NCBI GenBank assembly: GCA_023717525.1 | Contig: JAMQPK010000159.1 | Location: 19,284-83,283, forward strand | Reading direction: 5' to 3' | From: Vicinamibacterales bacterium | Lineage (GTDB): Bacteria; Acidobacteriota; Vicinamibacteria; Vicinamibacterales; JAMQPK01 | Length of the DNA: 64,000 nt | Part shown: positions 18,566 through 28,105 of the stretch, piece by piece | Numbering within the stretch: the stretch's first letter is position 1 | Layout of the letters: each line of letters begins with the position of its first letter | Position numbers and translations under genes: made by a program | The notes under the pieces: model-generated | Database searches by the model: none | Seen by the model: the letters and a program-made list of their open reading frames with translations, nothing else | What the model was told of the DNA's origin: nothing

Positions 18566-19182
18566 CGCAAATCTCCCAGCTCGGCGCGGAGCGCCTGACG
18601 TGCGCGCGTCAGACGCGATTTCACAGTGCCCACGGGAAGACCCAGCGAGAAAGCAATTTCCTCGTAACGCAGTCCCTCAATCTCGCGCAGCACCAGCGCG
18701 GTCCGCTGTTCGAAGGGCAGGGCCTGAATCGCGGCTTTCAAGCGTGCGCCGACTTCCTTTCGGTCCAGCTCCCGGTCCGGAGTCCACGCATCGGCCCCCA
18801 ACAGGGTTTCGCCGTGATCGCGGATGTGCTCATCCAGCGAGACCTGGTGCGACCGCGCCCGCCGTCGCCACCAGCGTTGGCGGTTGCGGACTTGATTGAC
18901 GACGATGCGGAAGATCCAGGTGCGAAGCGCCGACTGTCCCCGGAAGCGATGCAGGGTGCGGAAGACGCGAAGAAAGACTTCCTGAGACAGGTCGAGGGCC
19001 TCTTCACGATCGCCGAGCAGGTGTGTGGCGAGGCCCAGCACGAGCCGGTGGTGCTCCAGAACGAGCGCCGCGTGTGCCGTGTCGTCGCCCGCCAGGCAGC
19101 GTTGAATGAGGGCGGCCTCGCTGCTGGCGACTTCTGACCAGGCAATGGCTTCAGCCGGCTTGACGGAGAAATCTCCTGCCAC
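18559..19182 (-). CDS. RNA polymerase ECF-type sigma factor
   Basis: Sigma70 region 2 (DLSQEVFLRVF) and region 4 (EEIAFSLGLPVGTVKSRL). The GTG start is preceded by GGGAGGA. Confidence 0.9.
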   Translation of the reverse strand: MAGDFSVKPAEAIAWSEVASSEAALIQRCLAGDDTAHAALVLEHHRLVLGLATHLLGDREEALDLSQEVFLRVFRTLHRFRGQSALRTWIFRIVVNQVRNRQRWWRRRARSHQVSLDEHIRDHGETLLGADAWTPDRELDRKEVGARLKAAIQALPFEQRTALVLREIEGLRYEEIAFSLGLPVGTVKSRLTRARQALRAELGDLRC

Positions 19183-19216
19183 AGGGTTCCTCCCGAATAT
19201 ATCAGGCTTCTATGAC

Positions 19217-19245
19217 TTTGGACCCCACCATGGAGCGGAAGTTCC
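19217..19245 (-). promoter_or_regulatory. ECF (sigmaE-like) autoregulatory promoter candidate
   Basis: On the minus strand, GGAACTT is followed by a 16-nt spacer and TCCAAA, about 35 nt upstream of the sigma gene start. Confidence 0.4.
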
Positions 19246-19266
19246 CTCTCCTGTTAGGATTAGGCT

Positions 19267-20697
19267 GTGAAAAAGGCTATTGCCGGTATTTTGGTCCTGG
19301 CCGGCCTGGCATTGGCAGCCATTCTCGCCAACCAGGCAGTGGAGCGGGATCTCGAGTACCGGCGCCTGATCGTGCAAGGGGACGAGGCACTGAACCAGGG
19401 CGAGACCTTCGTCGCCATCGAGGCCTTCAGCGGCGCCATAGCCCTGAAACGGGGCTCGATGCTCGCCTATCTAAAGCGGGGCGAGGCTCATCGGCGCCGC
19501 GGCGACACTCCGGAAACACTGGCTGCCGCCCTGCGCGACCTTCGGATGGCAGCCGAGCTCGATTCGGGCGCCACCCGGGCGCTGGAAGCGCTCGGCGACG
19601 TCAACTTCAAACTGCGTCGCTACGCCAACGCGGCAGAAAACTACGAGGCGTATCTGCGCCTCGATGATCACTCCGCTACGGTCTTCTACAAGCTGGCACT
19701 GGCCGCGCGCGGCGATGGCCGGTTGTCGCGGGCCATCTCCGCCCTGCAGCAGTCGGTGAAGCTGAATGGATCGTTTGCCGAGGCGCACTATGTGCTCGGC
19801 CTTTGCCTGAAGGAGCGCGAGCAGTTCAAAGACGCGCAGTCGGCTTTCGAAGAGGCGATCCGGCTGTCACCGGCGATGATTCCGGCACGAGAGGAGCTCG
19901 TTGACCTTCATCGGGCGCAGAAGCAAACACGCGCCGAGATCGAACAGCTCGAGGCACTGGCGGCGCTCGACGCCGGAAAGCCGGATCGGCTGATCGCGGT
20001 GGGTCTCGCCTACCTTGACGCGGGCAATCACGATTTCGCCGTGACGACTCTTGGCCGCGCTGCCGAGCGATCCCGCGAACAGCCAGCTGAGCAGCCGGGC
20101 GTATACGCTGCGCTTGGCCGAGTCTGGCTGCAAGCGGCCGAAGATCGGGGCGACCCTACCGACGCGCGGAAGGCGCTCGAAGCGCTCGAGCGCGTGGCCA
20201 CGCAGCCGTCGGCGAGCAGCGAGATTCTCGGCATGTATGGGCGGGCCCTGGCGCTTGCTGGTGAACTGAGTCGCGCCGAAGCCGCGCTCCGCCAGGCCTC
20301 GCAGCGCTTTCCGCTCGATCCCGACGTGTTACCGCCGCTCGCGACTGTCGCCCAACGGCAGGGGCATCTCGAGGAGGCGCGACAAGCGCTGATTCAGTAC
20401 GCCGCCCTCGTCGATGATGATCGCGACGAAGCGGCGCACGCGGAACTCATCGGCGATCTATCAGTGCAGATGAACGACCCGGCAACGGCAGTTGTCTGGT
20501 ACAAGAAATCCGACGTGCTCTCGCCTGCCGACGCGACCGGGCTCGCGCGTCTCGCCGATGCGCAGCTGAAGTCGGGGCGCACGCAGGACGCACAGGCAAC
20601 GGCCGCTCGTGCGCTGGCGAAAGACCCGACCGACCTCTCCGCGCGCGCGGTCTCTCGACGAATCCAGTCGAGCCTGTCCCCCGCTCAAACGCGCTGA
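19267..20697 (+). CDS. TPR repeat protein with N-terminal membrane anchor
   Basis: 476 aa with a GTG start and a hydrophobic N-terminus, followed by multiple TPR-like AxxxYxxAL repeats. Confidence 0.8.
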   Translation: MKKAIAGILVLAGLALAAILANQAVERDLEYRRLIVQGDEALNQGETFVAIEAFSGAIALKRGSMLAYLKRGEAHRRRGDTPETLAAALRDLRMAAELDSGATRALEALGDVNFKLRRYANAAENYEAYLRLDDHSATVFYKLALAARGDGRLSRAISALQQSVKLNGSFAEAHYVLGLCLKEREQFKDAQSAFEEAIRLSPAMIPAREELVDLHRAQKQTRAEIEQLEALAALDAGKPDRLIAVGLAYLDAGNHDFAVTTLGRAAERSREQPAEQPGVYAALGRVWLQAAEDRGDPTDARKALEALERVATQPSASSEILGMYGRALALAGELSRAEAALRQASQRFPLDPDVLPPLATVAQRQGHLEEARQALIQYAALVDDDRDEAAHAELIGDLSVQMNDPATAVVWYKKSDVLSPADATGLARLADAQLKSGRTQDAQATAARALAKDPTDLSARAVSRRIQSSLSPAQTR

Positions 20698-21482
20698 CGC
20701 TTCGGATCCAGCACGTCGCGCAGCCCATCTCCCAGAAAATTGAAGCCGAGCACGAGCGTGGCGATTGCCGCGCCCGGGAAGATCGTCAGGTGAGGCGCGT
20801 CGAGTAGATGCAGACGCCCGCCATTCAACATCGTGCCCCAGCTCGGCGTCGGTGGCTGCACGCCCAAGCCAAGGAAACTGAGAGACGCTTCGGCGAGAAT
20901 GGAGCCCGCCATTCCGAGAGTCGCCTGCACCATCACAGCAGGCAGCGTGGTCGGCACCACGTGCCTCACAAGGATCCGCGTCGTGCTGGCGCCCAGCGCG
21001 CGCGCCGCCTGGACAAACTCGAATTCACGAGCTCGTAGGACCTGACCGCGCACCAGTCGTGCGTAGCCAACCCAGCCGATCACCGAGAGCGCCATGACGA
21101 CATTCCGGAGACTTGGTCCGAGCACAGCCACAAGCGCAATCGCCAGCAGGATGCCCGGGAACGCGAGGAGGATATCGATGCTCCGGCTGATGCCCTCGTC
21201 GAGCCAACCGCCGAAGTAGCCGGCGACGGCGCCGAGCGCAATACCCACGATCGACGAAATGCCGACGACCGTGAGGCCGACCAGCATCGAGATGCGAGCT
21301 CCGGCCAGGACGCGCGAAAAAATATCGCGCCCGAGCTCGTCGAGCCCGAAGAAATGGTCCATACTCGGCCGCTCGAGACGCTGAGAGAGTTGTTGGCTCG
21401 ACGGATCGTATGGCGACAACCACGGACCGGCGGCCGCCGCGAAGACCGTCAGAAAAACGATGATTGCTCCGGCGCGAACCAT
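20685..21482 (-). CDS. ABC transporter permease (DppC/OppC family)
   Basis: PWLSPYDP...HFFGLDELGRDIFSRV is an N-terminus typical of DppC/OppC. The start at 21482 shares one base with the upstream stop (TGATG). Confidence 0.85.
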   Translation of the reverse strand: MVRAGAIIVFLTVFAAAAGPWLSPYDPSSQQLSQRLERPSMDHFFGLDELGRDIFSRVLAGARISMLVGLTVVGISSIVGIALGAVAGYFGGWLDEGISRSIDILLAFPGILLAIALVAVLGPSLRNVVMALSVIGWVGYARLVRGQVLRAREFEFVQAARALGASTTRILVRHVVPTTLPAVMVQATLGMAGSILAEASLSFLGLGVQPPTPSWGTMLNGGRLHLLDAPHLTIFPGAAIATLVLGFNFLGDGLRDVLDPKRQRV

Positions 21483-22405
21483 CAGCGTCCCACTCGAATA
21501 CGCGGATCGAGAAATCCGTATGTGAGATCGGTCAGCAAATTCACCCCGACGTAGGTGATCGCGATCAGCAGCACGCACCCTTGGACGGTCGGGTAATCGC
21601 GAAAGCTGATCGATTGAATCAGCAGACGGCCGATCCCCGGCCAGGCGAAGATCGTTTCCGTGATCACCGCTCCCGTCAGCACGACGCCGAACTGTAGACC
21701 GATGATCGTCACGACAGGTATCAAACTGTTCCGCAGCGCATGATGCAGCACGGCTCGTGTGCGCGACACGCCTTTCGCGCGCGCGGCCAGCACGTAGGGC
21801 TCACTGAGCTCCTCGAGCAGGCTCGCGCGCGTCATACGCGCAAGGATCGCCGCGAGTGAGGCACCGAGCGTGATCGCCGGCAATACCAGGTGCGCGGGCG
21901 TACCGCTGCCGCCGACGGGGAGCCACCCGAGCTTCACCGAGAAAACGATCGCCATCAGCGGGCCCAGCCAGAAATTCGGTACGGAAATCCCTGCCAGCGA
22001 CAGGGTCATGGCTCCGTGATCGATCCACGTGCCGCGCCATACCGCTGCGACGATGCCTAGCGGCAACGCTATCAACAAAGCGACAGCCATTGCGGCGAAG
22101 GCCAGCGTGGCGGTTGCGGGCATCCGCTCGATGATCTGTCTTGCAACCGGCTGATCGTTCCTGAGCGACACACCAAGATCGCCGTGGACGACGCCGTTCA
22201 GGAAGGCCCCGTACTGCACGACGAGCGGCCGATCCAGCCCGAGTCGAGCGCGGAGCTGCGCGACATCCTCTGGCGTGGCGCCTTCGCCGAGCATCGCCTG
22301 CGCCGGATCGCCCGGAATGAAGTGGATGAGCGCGAAGACGAGCGTCGCCACGCCAATGAGTACGGGAATGGTGAGCAGAAGGCGGCGAATCAGATACCTA
22401 AGCAT
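21482..22405 (-). CDS. ABC transporter permease (DppB/OppB family)
   Basis: MLRYLIRRLLLTIPVLIGVATLVFALIHFIPGDP is a canonical DppB/OppB N-terminus. Confidence 0.9.
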   Translation of the reverse strand: MLRYLIRRLLLTIPVLIGVATLVFALIHFIPGDPAQAMLGEGATPEDVAQLRARLGLDRPLVVQYGAFLNGVVHGDLGVSLRNDQPVARQIIERMPATATLAFAAMAVALLIALPLGIVAAVWRGTWIDHGAMTLSLAGISVPNFWLGPLMAIVFSVKLGWLPVGGSGTPAHLVLPAITLGASLAAILARMTRASLLEELSEPYVLAARAKGVSRTRAVLHHALRNSLIPVVTIIGLQFGVVLTGAVITETIFAWPGIGRLLIQSISFRDYPTVQGCVLLIAITYVGVNLLTDLTYGFLDPRIRVGR

Positions 22406-25310
22406 CGATGCCCAGTCGTTGCATCAGTTTTGCCAGTCCCTGGCGGCTGACTCCGAGCGCCGACGCCGTCTGTCCGCGGTGACCGGCGGTCCTCGCGAGC
22501 GCAGCACGCACAAATCGCTGCTCGAAATGAAGTCTGGCCATATCGAGGGTCTCCAGGGCGGCGGGCGCTGCCGCGCGCGCAATGGCCGCCGGCATGTGTG
22601 ACGCGCTCACAATGCCTCGGGCCGGCACCGCGACGACCATGCTCGTCAGCACGTTCTGCAACTCTCGAACGTTGCCGGGCCAATCATATCGCGCCAGGGC
22701 CGCCAGTGCGCCTGGGCCGAGCACGGCTTTGCTTCCGATCCGCTCCGCTGCCCGCTGCCAGTGCCGAACAGCAAGCAGCGGAATGTCCTCGGCACGTTCG
22801 CGCAAGGGCGGCACGCCGATACGAATGACATCAAGCCGATACAGCAGATCCTGACGAAAGCGGCCAGACGCGACCTCGGCGTGGAGCGATCGATTTGTGG
22901 CAGCGATGAGGCGCGCGTCGATCGCTCGCGTAAACGTCTCGCCAATCCGGCGTATTTCGCCTTCCTGCAGCACGCGCAGCAGCTTCGCCTGTGCGCGCGG
23001 TGACAACTCGCCGACTTCGTCGAGAAAGACCGTGCCCTGATCGGCGCTCTCGAACAGACCCAGACGCTCCACCCCCGCGCCGGTGAATGCGCCTTTCGCG
23101 TGGCCGAAGAGCTCGGTATCGACCAGATCTTCCGGCATTGCGGCGCAATTCAGCGCGCAAAATCGCCGCTCCCGACGGCAGCCCATACGATGAATCGCAC
23201 GGGCCACCAGCTCTTTCCCCGACCCGCTCTCCCCTTCGATCAATACCGCGAACGGCGCGTTTGCTGCCCTGGCGATCGCACGACGCACCTCTTCGATGGC
23301 CGCGCTCACACCGATCAGGTCGCAGCCTGCCTCGCTGCTGGCAGACGCAGGAGGGGCGCTGCGCTCACGTAGCGCATAGGTCAACGGGGCGCACGCGGCC
23401 GCCGCCGCCGAGCAGAATGCCATTGTCGCATCGGCGTTGGCTGGCCCTTCAGCGCTCCAGCGGCAAACGATCGCTCCAACGATGCGGGTTAGAAAGCGAA
23501 TGGGTGTGGCGGCTTCGAATCCTCCGGCACACCGTTCGATGCCGATCGGCTGCCCAACCGCGATACATCGAAGCCCCACGGACGCATTGACCGAGCCAGC
23601 AGCGGCAAGCATAGCGCCCACACCGGGCGCTGAGACACAGACAATGCCTGCTCCGACTGCCCCGGTCTGTTTCCGAATCGTGACCGCTGCGCGTCGGAGC
23701 GCCTCGCGCTCGTCTTCGATGCCGTGGCAATGGGACAACAGTTCGGTGAGGCCGTCGACATCACCCTGATTTGAAGGGAGCCTCGGCGCCGACGCAAACA
23801 CTGCCGCGGATTCGTGGACGGATGGCAGCGTCAGCCGTTCGAGCGCTCGTGCGAGGCGCTTGGCGAGGAGCGCGGGCAAGGCCACTCTGGACACGCTCCG
23901 CAGGCGGGAGGCGACGTGGCGAGCCCTGCCCGTCTCTCTGGTCCGAAACAGACCCTCCAGTAGCGTGAGCCGCAGTCGGATGGCCTGCAGCGGCAGGTGG
24001 GCATCTGCGGCCGCACGGAGCCCTTCGCGCACGTGAAATTCCAAGGCTTCCACGTCGCCAAGATGGGCCTGCACCATGGCTTCGGCCGTACGTACCAGAC
24101 TTTCTGTTGGTCGACAGTCGACCTTGCCCATGGCCAAACGGGCGCGCGACACGGCGCCCCACGCTCCAGGCACATCGTCGGCGGTCAGGCGCAGTCGCGC
24201 GGCGAGACACCAATAGCGGGTTGTATCCTGAGCCCCCTCCCTCGGAGTGATGGCTTCCAGTAACTGGCTGGCATCGCCGTGGCGACGCTGCCATCGAAGG
24301 CACCGCGCGAGGGCCACTCCCGTGGTCAGCTGAAGGCTCGTGTCGGCGAGCGCACAGGTGGCGGAGTATGCCGCGCGAAGCGAGTCCTCTGCCTCATGGA
24401 GGAGGCCGCGATCGGTCTCTGCAAGCCCCCCGAATGTACACGCCAGAACGGCTTGTGTGGCGGCGCCCCGGCGTTCGTAGTGCGACCGCGCGCGGGCGAA
24501 CAGTTCGCAGGCGTCTGCAGTGCGCCCCCGATTGTGCAGTAGCTGGCCAAGCCGCAGAGCTCCATCTCCCGCGTGAAGCGTGTCGTTCCTCCTCTCGCAT
24601 GCAGCCAGCGCCGCACGAAGAGCTCGTTCGGCTGCCTCGTGTCGTCCCCGCAACACCAGGCGCTCCGCACCTTCGAGGACGAGATACGTGGGAGATTGCC
24701 CAAAAGACGGCCGTCTTTCCGCAGCGTGCGCGACGCCCGTTCGAGCAAGCCGTAAGGCACGCGCGCCAACAACGGCAAACGACACGCGCGGCCTGGCAGA
24801 GTGCAGTTTCAGAAACCCGAGTGCGAGATCGCCCAAAGACGGCTCAGGCTCGAGGAGCACCACCGATCGTCTCGACAGAGTGGGCAAGAGGGCTGCGGCC
24901 ACGTCGCCCTCGCCCATTGAGGAGAGTCCGACTGGGATAAACCCGCGCAATCGCATCTCTCGAGCAAGCGCAAGGAATTGGGCACCCTGTTCGACACGGA
25001 GGATACGTGGCGACCATTGACTCGCATGCTCGAGCCACTCCATCGCATGCACGTAAGTTTCCGCATGCCGCAAAGGCGGCCGAGGGTTCGCCGACGCCGC
25101 CTCGAATCGTCGGTCGCGCCCGATGAACCCAAAGTCGATCAGTCGCGAGAGCGGATCCGTCAGGAGGTTCGCGCAGGCCTCGGACCACGCTTGTTGTGCT
25201 GTCCGCGATCCTGATGGCTCGATCGAGAGATGCACGGGTTCGCCAGTCGCACAGTCAACGATGGAGCCGGGCGAGAGCTGAAGAAAGCGATCGGCGATGA
25301 GCTGTGCCAT
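22398..25310 (-). CDS. sigma-54-dependent transcriptional activator with large N-terminal TPR/GAF-like sensor region
   Basis: AAA+ sigma54-interaction domain (GESGSGKE, GAFTGA, EVGEL) and a C-terminal Fis-type HTH. The likely start is MAQLIADRF at 25310. It overlaps dppB by 8 nt. Confidence 0.85.
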   Translation of the reverse strand: MAQLIADRFLQLSPGSIVDCATGEPVHLSIEPSGSRTAQQAWSEACANLLTDPLSRLIDFGFIGRDRRFEAASANPRPPLRHAETYVHAMEWLEHASQWSPRILRVEQGAQFLALAREMRLRGFIPVGLSSMGEGDVAAALLPTLSRRSVVLLEPEPSLGDLALGFLKLHSARPRVSFAVVGARALRLARTGVAHAAERRPSFGQSPTYLVLEGAERLVLRGRHEAAERALRAALAACERRNDTLHAGDGALRLGQLLHNRGRTADACELFARARSHYERRGAATQAVLACTFGGLAETDRGLLHEAEDSLRAAYSATCALADTSLQLTTGVALARCLRWQRRHGDASQLLEAITPREGAQDTTRYWCLAARLRLTADDVPGAWGAVSRARLAMGKVDCRPTESLVRTAEAMVQAHLGDVEALEFHVREGLRAAADAHLPLQAIRLRLTLLEGLFRTRETGRARHVASRLRSVSRVALPALLAKRLARALERLTLPSVHESAAVFASAPRLPSNQGDVDGLTELLSHCHGIEDEREALRRAAVTIRKQTGAVGAGIVCVSAPGVGAMLAAAGSVNASVGLRCIAVGQPIGIERCAGGFEAATPIRFLTRIVGAIVCRWSAEGPANADATMAFCSAAAAACAPLTYALRERSAPPASASSEAGCDLIGVSAAIEEVRRAIARAANAPFAVLIEGESGSGKELVARAIHRMGCRRERRFCALNCAAMPEDLVDTELFGHAKGAFTGAGVERLGLFESADQGTVFLDEVGELSPRAQAKLLRVLQEGEIRRIGETFTRAIDARLIAATNRSLHAEVASGRFRQDLLYRLDVIRIGVPPLRERAEDIPLLAVRHWQRAAERIGSKAVLGPGALAALARYDWPGNVRELQNVLTSMVVAVPARGIVSASHMPAAIARAAAPAALETLDMARLHFEQRFVRAALARTAGHRGQTASALGVSRQGLAKLMQRLGIDA

Positions 25311-25416
25311 GTCGTACAGGATGGGCACGATGCAAGCGGCCAGCCCTCGAAAACAGGCGCAAACTCGTGCGTCGGCGGGCCGATGGTGCAGAAACTTCGT
25401 ATAGAATGGCGTGCAA

Positions 25417-26628
25417 ATGCTGCGTTTTCTCACAGCCGGCGAGTCGCACGGCAAGGGCCTGGTCGCACTCCTCGAAGGCATGCCGGCTGGGCTCCACCTC
25501 GACTTCGACGCGATCACCGAACAGCTGAAGCGTCGTCAAGGAGGCTACGGTCGCGGGCGGCGCATGGCCATCGAGTCGGACAAAGCCGAGGTGTTGTCTG
25601 GCGTGCGCGCAGGCGAAACACTTGGCTCGCCGATTGCGCTCCTCATCCGGAACAAGGACTGGGACAACTGGCAGCAGACGATGCATGCAGAAGATCAGGC
25701 ACCGCCAGACGCGACAGGCCCTTCGCGGCCCATCGTCACCCGTCCGCGGCCGGGGCACGCCGACCTTGCAGGCGTCATCAAGTACGACCGCGAAGACATT
25801 CGCGACGTTCTCGAGCGCGCGAGCGCCCGTGAAACGGCTGCCCGGGTTGCCGCCGGCGCCATCGCGCGGCAGCTCCTGAAGCGCTTCGATATCGATATCG
25901 TTTCCCACATCTACCAGGTAAACGGCATCGGGCTCGATAGCCCGCTGCGTGTCACGTTCGAGGCCGCGCGCGACATTGGGAGCGATTCCGCTCTCCGGTG
26001 CGCCGATCCCGAGGCCGAAGGGAAAATGATTGCGGAAATCGATCGTTGCCGTGAAGCCGGCGACACGGCCGGAGGCGCATTTGAAGTGATCGTCCGGGGC
26101 CTGCCAGTTGGCCTGGGCAGTTACGTTCAATGGGATCGCAAGCTCGATGGGCGCCTGGCGCAGGCGGTCATGTCGATTCCGGCGATAAAGGGCGTCGGTA
26201 TTGGACTCGGCCCCAAGGTCGCCACCGTACCCGGATCGCAGGTCCACGACGAGATCGTGCCCGCGCCCAGCCGCACGAAGCCGCCGATCGGCGTCTCGCG
26301 CCCGACGAATAACGCCGGCGGCCTCGAAGGCGGCGTGACCAACGGAGAAGATCTGCGAATTTCCGGCTTCATGAAACCCATTGCGACGTTAATGGCGCCG
26401 CTGCGATCGGTCGACCTGGCCGGAATGACCGAAGCGCCGGCCGTCATCGAACGCAGCGACGTGTCCGCCATCTCCGCGGCCGGTGTCGTCGGTGAAGCCG
26501 TCGTCAGCCTCGTGCTCGCCGACGCGTTTCTGGAAAAGTTCAGCGGCGACTCCATCGCCGAGATCGCGCGGAACTACCAAAGTTCGACGGAGCGCCTTCA
26601 GGCGCGCTTCTCCACCCGACGGTCGTGA
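25417..26628 (+). CDS. aroC: chorismate synthase
   Basis: MLRFLTAGESHGKG..., RPGHAD and SARETA motifs. An in-frame GTG at 25411 is also possible. Confidence 0.95.
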   Translation: MLRFLTAGESHGKGLVALLEGMPAGLHLDFDAITEQLKRRQGGYGRGRRMAIESDKAEVLSGVRAGETLGSPIALLIRNKDWDNWQQTMHAEDQAPPDATGPSRPIVTRPRPGHADLAGVIKYDREDIRDVLERASARETAARVAAGAIARQLLKRFDIDIVSHIYQVNGIGLDSPLRVTFEAARDIGSDSALRCADPEAEGKMIAEIDRCREAGDTAGGAFEVIVRGLPVGLGSYVQWDRKLDGRLAQAVMSIPAIKGVGIGLGPKVATVPGSQVHDEIVPAPSRTKPPIGVSRPTNNAGGLEGGVTNGEDLRISGFMKPIATLMAPLRSVDLAGMTEAPAVIERSDVSAISAAGVVGEAVVSLVLADAFLEKFSGDSIAEIARNYQSSTERLQARFSTRRS

Positions 26629-27134
26629 TTCGTCCAATTCTCAAATTCGGCGACACGCCGCTGCACGAACCGGCCGCCGAAGTCGGCGTCTTGTCGGACG
26701 AGATTCAGAAGCTGATCGACGACATGATTGAAACGATGTATGCCGCACCCGGCATCGGGCTGGCTGCACCGCAAGTCGGTGTGCCGCTGCGGATTTTCGT
26801 CGTTGACCTCTCGTTTGGACGCGACGCCGGCGGCCTCAAGGTGTTCGTCAATCCGGTGTTCCTCGAACGCGACGGAGTGCAGCTCGAAGAAGAAGGCTGC
26901 CTCAGCGTGCCGGGATTCAACGCCACCGTCGCCCGCCCGCAACGAGCCGTCGTCAAAGGACGCGATCGGCATGGCGACGAGTGCACGGTGGAAGGCACCG
27001 ATCTCCTGGCTCGCGCGTTTCAGCACGAGATGGATCACCTCGACGGCAAGTTGTTTCTCGACCGAGTCAGAGGCATCAAGCGCGATCTGATCGTGAAAAA
27101 GATACGGAAGCTTTCACGCGCCGGAAAATGGTGA
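26625..27134 (+). CDS. def: peptide deformylase
   Basis: GIGLAAPQ, EGCLS and HEMDH motifs. Confidence 0.95.
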   Translation: MIRPILKFGDTPLHEPAAEVGVLSDEIQKLIDDMIETMYAAPGIGLAAPQVGVPLRIFVVDLSFGRDAGGLKVFVNPVFLERDGVQLEEEGCLSVPGFNATVARPQRAVVKGRDRHGDECTVEGTDLLARAFQHEMDHLDGKLFLDRVRGIKRDLIVKKIRKLSRAGKW

Positions 27135-28105
27135 CCGCCGCCTCTGCCCTCAGAATCGTCTTCTTCGGTACACCTGATTTCGCGGTTCCCACTCTTCAGG
27201 CGCTGCTCGCTTCGCAGCATCCGGTAGTTGGCGTCGTCACGCAGCCCGATCGCCCGCGCGGGCGAGGACAGAAGTTGCGGGCTTCACCTGTAAAAGCGCT
27301 TGCGCACCAGCATGGGTTACCGGTGCTTCAACCCGAACGCCTTCGCCATGACGAGTTCCTTGCGAGTCTGCGCGCCCTTCGAGCCGATCTGGGCGTCGTT
27401 GCGGCTTACGGCAAGATTCTGACCGAAGTGGTTCTGGCCATCCCACCGAAGGGACTCATTAATGTCCACGCGTCGCTGCTCCCGAAGTATCGTGGGGCCG
27501 CGCCAATCCATCGCGCGGTCATGGCCGGAGAAGCGAGCACCGGCGTCACGATCATGCGCGTGGTCCAGGCGCTCGACGCCGGTCCCATGTTGAGTACGGT
27601 GTCCCGTTCAGTTGGTCCAGAGGAGACCAGTCGCGACGTCGAACGTGCGCTTGCCTTCCTCGGCGCCGAGGCTCTCGTGAAGACAACGGACGCTCTTGCG
27701 GCCGGGGCCGTTCTCGAGACGCCGCAGAGGGACGCCGACGCAAGCTACGCACATCGCCTCACCAAGGCGGACGGCATCGTGGACTGGTCGCAGCCGGCCA
27801 GGACGATTCACAACCAGATCCGGGGGCTGCATCCGTGGCCGCACGCCTATTCCGATCTCGAAGGTGAGCGGGTCATTCTTCTCCGATCACAGGTCGAAAC
27901 CGAACAGAACCTTGGCCGGAACATCGAAGCCGGGGAGATCGTGGAAGCCAGCGGCGACGCGCTGAGCGTGCAGACCGGCAAGGGTGTGCTGCGGATTCTC
28001 GAGCTGCAGCGGCGCGGAGGACGTCCGATGTCGAGCCGCGATTTTCTCGCCGGCTGGCGCCTCCCGGAAAGCGCGCGATTCGTCAAGTCCCAGCAATCCG
28101 CATGA
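27128..28105 (+). CDS. fmt: methionyl-tRNA formyltransferase
   Basis: LRIVFFGTPDFAVP, NVHASLLPKYRGAAPI. The start at 27128 overlaps the end of def. Confidence 0.95.
   Translation: MVTAASALRIVFFGTPDFAVPTLQALLASQHPVVGVVTQPDRPRGRGQKLRASPVKALAHQHGLPVLQPERLRHDEFLASLRALRADLGVVAAYGKILTEVVLAIPPKGLINVHASLLPKYRGAAPIHRAVMAGEASTGVTIMRVVQALDAGPMLSTVSRSVGPEETSRDVERALAFLGAEALVKTTDALAAGAVLETPQRDADASYAHRLTKADGIVDWSQPARTIHNQIRGLHPWPHAYSDLEGERVILLRSQVETEQNLGRNIEAGEIVEASGDALSVQTGKGVLRILELQRRGGRPMSSRDFLAGWRLPESARFVKSQQSA

Noticed and set aside
25311-25517. N-terminal extensions of several tracked ORFs (22398..25517, 9269..10141, 9844..11442, 11322..12878, 26981..28105, 29760..30848, 31219..32190, 32042..32983, 40039..41241, 56013..56693, 59903..61870)
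   Set aside because: In each case the homologous protein begins at an internal start codon that overlaps or abuts the upstream gene's stop. The extension is read through another gene or an intergenic repeat.
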